DNA of 24,000 bases from positions 3,483,157 through 3,507,156 of the forward strand of contig NZ_CP019962.1 in NCBI RefSeq assembly GCF_000807675.2, in the 5' to 3' direction. The notes beneath the pieces are model-generated. The model worked only from the letters and a program-made list of their open reading frames with translations, made no database searches and had not been told where the DNA came from. Shown piece after piece: positions 17,801 to 24,000 of the stretch; position 1 is the stretch's first letter; every line of letters begins with the position of its first letter. The translations under genes were made by a program, and so were the position numbers. The DNA comes from Eubacterium limosum (GTDB taxonomy: Bacteria > Bacillota > Clostridia > Eubacteriales > Eubacteriaceae).

Positions 17801-18885
17801 GCAAATACTTCTATCAGGAAGTCGATGCTCCGGCGCCGTACTTATGCCCGGACGATTTATACCCGTTTGAAATCACCAAAGACAATAAAGTAACCCAGGC
17901 ACTCATGACCGATGAGCTGGCCATGGGGAATATCCGGTTACACAAAACCGCTGAAGACCGGAATAATTACACCATTGAGGCATCCGGAAAGGTTAACTAC
18001 AAAGAAAAAGACCTTGAAGGGGCCGAATACGCAGTGAAAGCAGCGGAAGACATCGTCATACCGGAGGGTGTCGTCAAAGCCTTTAAAGGCGATACTGTCG
18101 CCCGTATGGTCACGGACAAAAAAGGGGAAGCCACGGTTACAGAAGCTTTCTTCATGACCAAAGAGGGTGCGGCTGCCCGGATGACGGAAGATCCGGAAAA
18201 ACCAGATGTGAAGTCTGAAGGGACAGAGACACCGGGCACTGACAAACCAGACACCGAAGCAAAAGCGGTTGAGCCGATGGATCTCACCAAAGTCGATGAA
18301 ACATCGACCGTTCCGGTAAAATCCGAAACGGCTTTATTCCTTGGCAGCGGCACGGCCAAGTATGATGTGGTCGAAACCAAAGCCCCGGACGGTTATCGTT
18401 TGGATGAAACCATCCATACCGTGGAGCTGAGCTTCAAAGACAATAAAACCCCACTGGTGGAAGTTGAGCTTGAATGCTTCAACGAAGCCAAAGGCGGAGA
18501 CATTGTTCTTTACAAAGAAGATACCGAAGCTAAAACAGCCCTTCCGAACGCAGAGATCAGCGTGATGGATGCGGATCAAAAGGTGATCTTCAAGGGAAAA
18601 TCCGATGAGCAGGGCAACCTGAAAATCGGCAAGCTGCCAGATGGCCAGTATTTCTATCATGAAACCAAAGCACCGGACGGCTATGTTCTTGATCCAACCA
18701 TCTATGAATTGAAAGTCGTGGATCATGAAAATGCAACCGCCACGCTGGGCAATGTGAAAGAAGATATTCCGGATACCGGGATTGATTCAAACAATAGCCC
18801 ACTTTACATTGGTCTGATTGGTGGCGCTGCCTTGGTTTGTGCAATCACTTTAGGTGTTCATAACCGCCGAAAAGCAAAGAGATAA
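14860..18885 (+). CDS. large LPXTG-type (IPDTG) adhesin/pilus-tip-like protein with N-terminal thioester-like domain and about eight Cna_B/SpaA (prealbumin-like) domains
   Basis: Signal peptide, AYCIEPD...LRTVLYYGYDG thioester-domain-like region, repeated Cna_B ends (GTYVLHEVKTPEGFIP, GKYKVVEKSAPEGFVND, GNYYLKELST, GQYFYHETKAPDGYVLD). C-terminal IPDTG, TM and RRKAKR. Confidence 0.9.
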   Translation: MYKNKALKKTFSLLFAFLFTLLTLLSPLSSMVAKAEEGEDLPPTGDLAQYAVNEVGQSDQGWVIYSSEDPNYNPMTRASGSSGVSVSKDYGGYTSYTQIITVVDDSGVAHTAYCIEPDKNTPNGTIYNQQITDNAQLRTVLYYGYDGPGGAEFMAREGGDAQSAFMDTWWAVRLACGETSSNPAVYNDPNIRWLLDHAPVEVGGITVSGSPDTRWNVGEKMQETDWYTTSGSGTFTLELDGLGIVAKLSDSRTITSTTSGIPVGTAFKLCAGPEKDGTVTVPIKATGVAYASLMFIPASEPDTQSVVAGASVQGQGQEASASANFVKRVTYPDVQKTDNRHLALDLSKTQPSGDASLDGAVFGLYKDPECTQLVTQATVTNGIADFGAVVLGDYFYKEISAGKGYKTNETVYPVTVWAEGMQGVTEIPNDVKTNPVSIVKYAITDPDNVDDVLNPLANVDFTLTLKSAIDKGEKLTEGDNLFSGKTDENGRIRWENVPVGTYVLHEVKTPEGFIPIDDLIVVVDGSGEEIEIPLTNKMMYGDLIIVKKDSETQKEIPVSGVKFKVIDLATMQFVKQSSAATLFIPTDTFKTNDEGKLSLPKKLKSGSYAVVEVSSPDGYLTAGLTASNNTQKYMVDGKEYQGIPVTISPTTCDKIEINGKTEYSSTVSVYDQPAKGRIEVTKTGDQLDGTKTTPSKYGNVTEFIFNEKALKGTVFEVYADEDITTPDGTVRLHKGDLADTLTTGDNGKAITKDLYLGKYKVVEKSAPEGFVNDGTEQKVTLKYKGETVQASDNVENTTFHNDRQNVEFQLTKLEQEIDKIEQEGDGVTIHYKDVPANDIDFGLYTKEAMSDGKGGTIAADTLVSVKTVKKGQANTVENLPVGNYYLKELSTKDHLEDNNFRYEVTYAIQGNDPLVVVQANKGEAIKNYYVERPFEFTKKDISDGMLIPGVTVNVYDETGENIIFTGKTNENGEITITLPAGKYFYQEVDAPAPYLCPDDLYPFEITKDNKVTQALMTDELAMGNIRLHKTAEDRNNYTIEASGKVNYKEKDLEGAEYAVKAAEDIVIPEGVVKAFKGDTVARMVTDKKGEATVTEAFFMTKEGAAARMTEDPEKPDVKSEGTETPGTDKPDTEAKAVEPMDLTKVDETSTVPVKSETALFLGSGTAKYDVVETKAPDGYRLDETIHTVELSFKDNKTPLVEVELECFNEAKGGDIVLYKEDTEAKTALPNAEISVMDADQKVIFKGKSDEQGNLKIGKLPDGQYFYHETKAPDGYVLDPTIYELKVVDHENATATLGNVKEDIPDTGIDSNNSPLYIGLIGGAALVCAITLGVHNRRKAKR

Positions 18886-18915
18886 TCTGAGCGAATGTAA
18901 TTATTACACACATTG

Positions 18916-18944
18916 GAGTGCCTGGTGCTTCCGGGCACTCTTTT
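18916..18944 (+). terminator. Rho-independent terminator
   Basis: GAGTGCC ... GGCACTC TTTT. Confidence 0.75.
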
Positions 18945-19012
18945 CAATTATGGGAATGCAAGTAACTATCATATATAGTCATATGTGGTCAATGCTATAG
19001 AACGGAGGATAG

Positions 19013-19210
19013 CCTGCGGAAGGAAAACTGGCATTGTATGATGCGGCGGAGAAATTTGCCGCTAACGTTACTAATCGAAACAAAGATAACGAGAGAGTCC
19101 TTGATAACAGGGCGGTGAAGATTCAGTCTTTTGATACAGATTATACGCTTGGTTTGTATCGTATCTGGGGCAGTACCAGACACCGCCATTCATTTCCTTT
19201 ATTTCTTTGA
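19013..19210 (+). pseudogene. possible coding relic without a start codon
   Basis: Open frame after TAG: PAEGKLALYDAAEKFAANVTNRNKDNERVLDNRAVKIQSFDTDYTLGLYRIWGSTRHRHSFPLFL*. Protein-like composition but no start or RBS; family not identified. Confidence 0.3.
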
Positions 19211-19252
19211 AATAGCCGGGGCGGCTACGCCGCTTCGGCAATCCTTTCAAAG
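19205..19252 (+). repeat. extended imperfect hairpin
   Basis: CTTTGAAA ta GCCGGGGCGGC TAC GCCGCTTCGGC aatcc TTTCAAAG: 11-bp GC-rich inner stem with two G-U pairs and an 8-bp outer stem. Confidence 0.65.
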
Positions 19253-19273
19253 AAGCACCATTTAGTGGAGGTG

Positions 19274-19381
19274 ATGCCGATTTTTAAATTAAATAACGAT
19301 AACCGCAGATTGATCAGGCTTCAAACAGCCATAACAGACAGCTCAGGGAGCTGTTTTTTTATTGATCAAAAAGAAAAGTGA
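19274..19381 (+). CDS. possible 35-aa small ORF MPIFKLNNDNRRLIRLQTAITDSSGSCFFIDQKEK
   Basis: ATG directly after GGAGGTG (spacing short); overlaps a terminator-like hairpin, so coding is doubtful. Confidence 0.2.
   Translation: MPIFKLNNDNRRLIRLQTAITDSSGSCFFIDQKEK
19338..19360 (+). terminator. terminator/attenuator-like hairpin
   Basis: ACAGCTC AGG GAGCTGT TTTTTT. Confidence 0.7.
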
Positions 19382-19396
19382 AAGGGGAGAAGATCC

Positions 19397-19501
19397 ATGT
19401 GCTACGTGAGAGCACCAACATGCACCGCACCAACCGAAACGGTGGGCTTAAGAATGAGCAATAAAGGAGCAATTTATTCTTTAAGCCCAAAGAAAAAATA
19501 A
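19397..19501 (+). CDS. putative 34-aa small protein MCYVRAPTCTAPTETVGLRMSNKGAIYSLSPKKK
   Basis: RBS AAAGGGGAGAAGATCCATG. The stop overlaps the RBS of the next gene (TAAGGAGGTCTAAATTG), suggesting coupling. Confidence 0.4.
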   Translation: MCYVRAPTCTAPTETVGLRMSNKGAIYSLSPKKK

Positions 19502-19512
19502 GGAGGTCTAAA

Positions 19513-21471
19513 TTGAAAAAACATTTGCGGAAAATAGGGGTCACAACCCTGTGTCTGTTCTTAATGTTTTCCTTCCTGAGTGGTTTTCTCCTGTCCATTC
19601 ATACGGCCTGGGCTGCATCGGAGCGTCAGGCGGCACCGGCAACAGAAACGACGGTACCACAGACGGATTCAAAGGATGCGCAGGGCGCATCTCCCAAAGA
19701 TGATCAGGGCAACTATATTGTCGGAAATTCCGGAGAAGGGGTTGTCACACTCTCGGCCAATCCAGAATATTTAAAGACGGTTCCCCTTGGGGATCACAAA
19801 AAGTCTATGATCAGTACTTATGCTGCAGGCTGGGATGATGGGGTGATCTACAGTTCAGACTTTGCAAGCCCAGACGGCACCGACATTATTACCACCACGA
19901 CACCGATCATCCGGATCAGTGATAACGGCGTTGATGGTATCGCGTATTGCGCCGATCCAACGTTGAATATTCCGTCTGAAACAACCGGGCCGAATATTCC
20001 AATCACCTATATCCGGGACAGCGCCAACGTACAGAGCTACCGAATTCGAAATGTCATGTATCATGGCTACCATGATGGGCAGAGCGGAGAATACTATGTC
20101 CAGACCTGGGCTGCCATTCGTGTGCTTGCCGGAATATCCAGTTACAGCAGTTATTACATGACCGATCCTGTCGTCGCTGATCTGGTCAACACCAAGAGCT
20201 ATCAAGACCCACCCAACTGGAATGCGAGCTGGAGCATTGTCGCGGAGCGAGAGGAAGCGACCTGGAACAGAGCAACCCAGCGACAGGAAACCGGGTGGTT
20301 TCAGACAGTATGTTCGAATATTTCAGAGCATGGCCAATACACTGTGAATCTGCCGCAAGGTGTCCACGCGATTGCCCGGAACACTTCCGGACAGACCTAT
20401 GGAGACTATACGGGCAGCTTTAGCATTTATGACGACGATGATTTTATGCTTTATGCTGATGGCAGCTATAGCGGCGACGTGAGCGCAACCATTACCCCAA
20501 CCACCGCCAAGCGTTTCAGTACCGATGCCAGTATTCCCGATGCCTGTGTGATCTATTATCCAGATGTTCCCAATACACAGCGCCTTTTTGTGTCCCTTGC
20601 CGTGGGATCAGGGAACATGTCCGCAAGCTATAAGGCAACTTTTAAAGGGAAGAACGTCTATAGTCAATTCACGAAAACCGATGAAGAAACCCTTGACGGC
20701 TTGCAGAACGCCCATCTTCAGATCTATAACAAAGACACGGATGAACTGGTTGCAGAGGCGGATACGGACGAGCTGGGACGGTTTCATGTGGAGCTTTTCC
20801 CGGGAGATTATTACATTAAAGAGACAAAAGCGCCACACGATCACGTTTTATCGACCGACCCCATTTACTTTATCGTAACAGGGACAGAGGACGCCATGAC
20901 CATGGACGTCCCCAATGCGGCCAAAAAGGTGGAGTTTTCCTTTGAAAAAGTGGATGAAAACGGGCAGGCAATGCCGGGAGTTGAATTCGAGTTATACGCC
21001 TGCAAATATGACAAAGCATATTCAGACCAAACAGGAATAAAACCAGGGGAATCCGATAAACACAGTCACAGCGAATTGGCAGGAGCAGACGATTCATGTT
21101 GGACGACTGTGATTAAGAAATTGACATCCGATACAAACGGAAATGTCAATTTTGGTGAGCTTCGGAGTGGTGAATATAACCTGGTTGAAGTGAAAACAAA
21201 GGCCGGGTATCAGCTGCCAAAGGGACAGTGGCGGGTAACGATTGACGCTGAAGCAAACACCATTGACATTAAAGCAAAAGGAAAACCACTGGCCCCGGCA
21301 GTCAAGAAAACAGCTACAGGCTTGCAGCTTGTCAATTATCCGAATCCTCAAATGCCCTATGCGGGGACAAATGATTCGAACCGCTTGCTTTTCAGCTTGT
21401 TAGGCGCATTGTTATTAGGCATGGCTTTTGTAGCTGGTTACAAAAAATTTGAGGAAAGAGGTAAAAAGTAG
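19513..21471 (+). CDS. wall-anchored adhesin with thioester-like N-terminal domain and SpaA/Cna_B domains, TTG start, MPYAG sorting-like motif
   Basis: RBS TAAGGAGGTCTAAATTG, signal peptide, AYCADP...YRIRNVMYHGY...EYYVQTWAAIRVLAG, two Cna_B-type domains (GDYYIKETKAPHDHVL, GEYNLVEVKTKAGYQL). Tail MPYAGTNDSNRLLFSLLGALLLGMAFVAGYKKFEERGKK. Confidence 0.88.
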   Translation: MKKHLRKIGVTTLCLFLMFSFLSGFLLSIHTAWAASERQAAPATETTVPQTDSKDAQGASPKDDQGNYIVGNSGEGVVTLSANPEYLKTVPLGDHKKSMISTYAAGWDDGVIYSSDFASPDGTDIITTTTPIIRISDNGVDGIAYCADPTLNIPSETTGPNIPITYIRDSANVQSYRIRNVMYHGYHDGQSGEYYVQTWAAIRVLAGISSYSSYYMTDPVVADLVNTKSYQDPPNWNASWSIVAEREEATWNRATQRQETGWFQTVCSNISEHGQYTVNLPQGVHAIARNTSGQTYGDYTGSFSIYDDDDFMLYADGSYSGDVSATITPTTAKRFSTDASIPDACVIYYPDVPNTQRLFVSLAVGSGNMSASYKATFKGKNVYSQFTKTDEETLDGLQNAHLQIYNKDTDELVAEADTDELGRFHVELFPGDYYIKETKAPHDHVLSTDPIYFIVTGTEDAMTMDVPNAAKKVEFSFEKVDENGQAMPGVEFELYACKYDKAYSDQTGIKPGESDKHSHSELAGADDSCWTTVIKKLTSDTNGNVNFGELRSGEYNLVEVKTKAGYQLPKGQWRVTIDAEANTIDIKAKGKPLAPAVKKTATGLQLVNYPNPQMPYAGTNDSNRLLFSLLGALLLGMAFVAGYKKFEERGKK

Positions 21472-21472
21472 A

Positions 21473-23023
21473 ATGAAATTTAAAAAATTAATATCAAAGA
21501 AAGGATTTAAAAAAGCAGTGACCGCGGCGCTGACCCTGACCATGCTGTTTTCATCTGTGGCCAGTGTCTTTGCGGCAGGCGAAGGGATTCCAGATCCTGC
21601 TATCGACCGCAGCATCACCATCCACAAATACCGGATGGACGATATTACAGAGGCAAAGGTAAGGTGTGACGGAACCGTTCAGACGGTGCCGAGTACCGCT
21701 GTTGCTTTGCAGGACGTACAATTTAAAATCACGAAAATGCAGGACAGCGACGTTACCAAACAGGATACGTCATGGACACCGGTTACGCTGACGACCAATG
21801 CCCAGGGAACGGCAACCATTACCGGCAACAGTAAGCTCCCAATGGGGATCTATCTGGTGCAGGAAATCGACAACCCCGCTGTGGACATCAAAGCAGCCGA
21901 TTGTCTGGTCAGTTTACCGCTGACGAATCCGGCAGGTGACGGATGGATCTATGATGTGCATATCTATCCCAAAAACCAACTGAAGCCAGGCCCGGAAATT
22001 GATAAATTCATCACCGAATTAGACAACAAACATGATACCTGCGATATCAGCCAGGAAAATAAGTGGATCATCGAAACAACTATGCCGGATGACATGGCCA
22101 CCTGCGATGTCTACCAGATTACCGATGTGTTGGATACAAGACTTGATTTTGTATCGGGCAGTACGGAACTGTATCGTGTCGATATTCACGGAAACCGTGT
22201 AAAGATGAGCACCGGCGGCTACACTGTCAATGAGCCAACAACTGCAAATGGCAGAAAATTAACCGTCACGCTGAATGACACGGGCAAAAAGGAAGCCGCG
22301 CAGTCCCTGCAAGACATTAAAAAACCAAGTGTTTACAGTTTAGGTCAGGATAACAATGTGGGTACCATCAACATTGAATTCCGAACGGTCTTAAACAAAA
22401 CCGCTGAGGGTTCCATGGGACAGGCGATTTACAATGGCGCTTCCCTGGATTACACCAACAACCTGCATGTCAAATATGATCAGGTATCCGTACCCGACGA
22501 CAAAAAACCGGAGACACATACAACCGGTATTAACCTGGTGAAGGTAGACAGCACCAACCGAAATATCGCATTGCCGGGTGCGAAGTTCAAAATCTATCGC
22601 AGTGAAAGTGATGCGAATAAAGGGATTAATGCCATCGTTGACCCGACCGATCACGCCAAAGATTGGGAAGTGACAACTGACGCCCAGGGTAAAGCACATT
22701 TTTACGGAATTGAGTACGGCGTCATGGGCGACAAGCATAACAGTTTAGACGCGGTCACCTGGTACTGGCTCGTGGAAACACAGGCCCCTCAGAACGTCAA
22801 TGGTGTGGATTATCAGCTTTCGAAAAAACCGTTCAAAGTGAGAGCCGATTCTGTTTCACACTTAACTGCCAACAGCGTAACCATCACCAATGTACCCAAA
22901 TATGACCTGCCATTTACAGGCGCAAATGGCGGTACGACGTTCATCATTGGAGCTGGGATCTGCTTGATTGCTGCGGGTGCATTGATTGTAATAAGAATTA
23001 AAAAGTCGAAAAAGGCTGAATAA
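21473..23023 (+). CDS. SpaH/EbpB-type LPXTG major pilin, D2-type isopeptide-forming, LPFTG
   Basis: Preferred ATG 21473 (track start 21449). ITIHKYRMDD, MGIYLVQEIDNP, pilin motif YDVHIYPKN, YWLVETQAP E-box, C-terminal LPFTG, TM and RIKKSKK. Confidence 0.92.
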   Translation: MKFKKLISKKGFKKAVTAALTLTMLFSSVASVFAAGEGIPDPAIDRSITIHKYRMDDITEAKVRCDGTVQTVPSTAVALQDVQFKITKMQDSDVTKQDTSWTPVTLTTNAQGTATITGNSKLPMGIYLVQEIDNPAVDIKAADCLVSLPLTNPAGDGWIYDVHIYPKNQLKPGPEIDKFITELDNKHDTCDISQENKWIIETTMPDDMATCDVYQITDVLDTRLDFVSGSTELYRVDIHGNRVKMSTGGYTVNEPTTANGRKLTVTLNDTGKKEAAQSLQDIKKPSVYSLGQDNNVGTINIEFRTVLNKTAEGSMGQAIYNGASLDYTNNLHVKYDQVSVPDDKKPETHTTGINLVKVDSTNRNIALPGAKFKIYRSESDANKGINAIVDPTDHAKDWEVTTDAQGKAHFYGIEYGVMGDKHNSLDAVTWYWLVETQAPQNVNGVDYQLSKKPFKVRADSVSHLTANSVTITNVPKYDLPFTGANGGTTFIIGAGICLIAAGALIVIRIKKSKKAE

Positions 23024-23061
23024 TCGAATAATAGCGCATCATAAAAGAAAGGAGACAGCAG

Positions 23062-23883
23062 ATGAAGCGGATTCTATCGAATATGGCCATCACTTTAATG
23101 TTCATCATCGGAGCTTGCTTTTTGGCGTACCCGATCATTGCGAATCTGCTGTCAAATCGGCAGCATGGGGAAGTGATTCAGGATTATCAAATCACGGTGG
23201 AGCAGATGAACGCTTCTGTCATGGCCGAAGAAAAAGAAAAAGCCCTGGCTTACAACCAGGGCTTAAATGGTTTGGTCGCACATGACCCGTTTATCGAAGG
23301 CAGTGGCTATGTCCTTCCCGAAAACTATCTGGACTGCTTAAACGTGGATGGGATCATGGGAACGCTTGTCATTGACAAAATTAAGATCAATCTGCCGATT
23401 TATCATGGCACCCGTGACGAGGTGCTGCAAAAAGGTGTTGGACACATCAAAGAAACCGCACTGCCCATCGGCGGGGAAGGCAGCCACGCTGTCCTCACAA
23501 GCCATAGTGGGCTTAACGAGGCAAAGCTTTTTACCGAATTGGATCAGCTCACCGAGGGAGATACTTTTGAGATCCATGTGCTGGATGAAATTCTGACCTA
23601 TCAGGTGGATCAGATCAAAGTGGTCGAACCCAATCAAACGGACGAATTAAAGGCTGTACCAGGCAAGGATTATGTGACCCTGCTGACCTGTACACCCATT
23701 GGTGTCAACAGCCACCGGCTTTTGGTCAGAGGGGAACGGATTTTTTTAGAGCCGCAGGCAGAAGAAATCAAAGAAACGGTTAACCGCAGCTATGTTCTCT
23801 TAGCGGCAGCGACGGTTATCCTGGTTCCGATTGTTCTTTTAATTCTGTATTGGATAATTCAAAAGAAAGTTAAAAAGAAGTAG
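23062..23883 (+). CDS. class C (pilus) sortase
   Basis: N- and C-terminal TM segments, lid-like DPF (VAHDPFIEG), catalytic His region VLTSHSGL, Cys motif TLLTCTPIG, Arg motif SHRLLVRG; RBS AGAAAGGAGACAGCAGATG. Confidence 0.93.
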   Translation: MKRILSNMAITLMFIIGACFLAYPIIANLLSNRQHGEVIQDYQITVEQMNASVMAEEKEKALAYNQGLNGLVAHDPFIEGSGYVLPENYLDCLNVDGIMGTLVIDKIKINLPIYHGTRDEVLQKGVGHIKETALPIGGEGSHAVLTSHSGLNEAKLFTELDQLTEGDTFEIHVLDEILTYQVDQIKVVEPNQTDELKAVPGKDYVTLLTCTPIGVNSHRLLVRGERIFLEPQAEEIKETVNRSYVLLAAATVILVPIVLLILYWIIQKKVKKK

Positions 23884-23927
23884 AGTATTTGAACAATGAA
23901 ATTTGAAAGACAGAGACTACGAACCAT

Positions 23928-24000
23928 ATGAAAAAACTAACAGTGCTTGGAGCTTTTATTGACTTAATACAAAGTTTTGTTGCTGCTTGCGGCATTACAT
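23928..24000 (+). CDS. start of an ORF running off the window: MKKLTVLGAFIDLIQSFVAACGIT...
   Basis: ATG open to the window edge, hydrophobic N-terminus, weak RBS. Confidence 0.25.
   Translation, partial: MKKLTVLGAFIDLIQSFVAACGIT

Noticed and set aside
14947-18844. Antisense ORFs in the giant adhesin (for example 17125..17541 -, 17997..18380 -, 18334..18726 -).
   Set aside because: Shadow ORFs of a well-supported Cna_B-repeat protein, with no domain or RBS support.
19855-20205. Minus-strand 116-aa ORF inside adhesin 2.
   Set aside because: Overlaps the thioester-like domain of the strong plus-strand gene, with no homology recognised.
21449-21472. Longer N-terminus of the major pilin given by the ORF track.
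   Set aside because: It would overlap adhesin 2. ATG 21473 gives a normal signal peptide start (MKFKKLISKKGFKK).

Overview
The window looks like a low-GC Firmicutes genome (Clostridia/Eubacteriaceae-like by inference) and reads as five blocks. (1) 1..~2500: mobile or accessory DNA, with the 5' part of an IS1182-type transposase on the minus strand, two small ORFs of unknown function (one coiled-coil, one Cys-rich) between them and a DUF3991/Toprim primase-like gene. A palindromic two-box intergenic element occurs twice here. (2) 2582..6648: a 1307-aa secreted protein with a signal peptide, an acidic linker, a CAP/SCP domain, nine ~65-aa three-helix-like repeats and a degenerate wall-sorting tail (TRSTG), with a strong promoter and terminator. 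(3) 6807..14368: a PTS/BtpA/M42/epimerase cluster whose gene content matches the poorly understood E. coli sgc set (SgcE, PRD regulator, IIA, M42 peptidase SgcX, IIB, IIC, SgcQ), plus an added HAD-IB phosphatase. (4) 14449..18944: a small membrane protein and a 1341-aa thioester-domain-like multi-Cna_B/SpaA adhesin (IPDTG). (5) 18945..24000: relic sequence with an unusual extended hairpin, small ORFs, a second thioester-like adhesin (MPYAG), a D2-type major pilin (LPFTG), a class C sortase and the start of a further ORF. The most interesting points are the duplicated CCGGTCACGTGACCGG...TTAAAAAAATG element, the sgc-like operon, the mixed sorting signals beside one class C sortase, the apparent loss of the thioester Gln in one adhesin, and the small ORFs and hairpin upstream of the adhesins. 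No CRISPR array, tRNA or rRNA was recognised. All family assignments come from reading motifs in the sequence; no database search was run.
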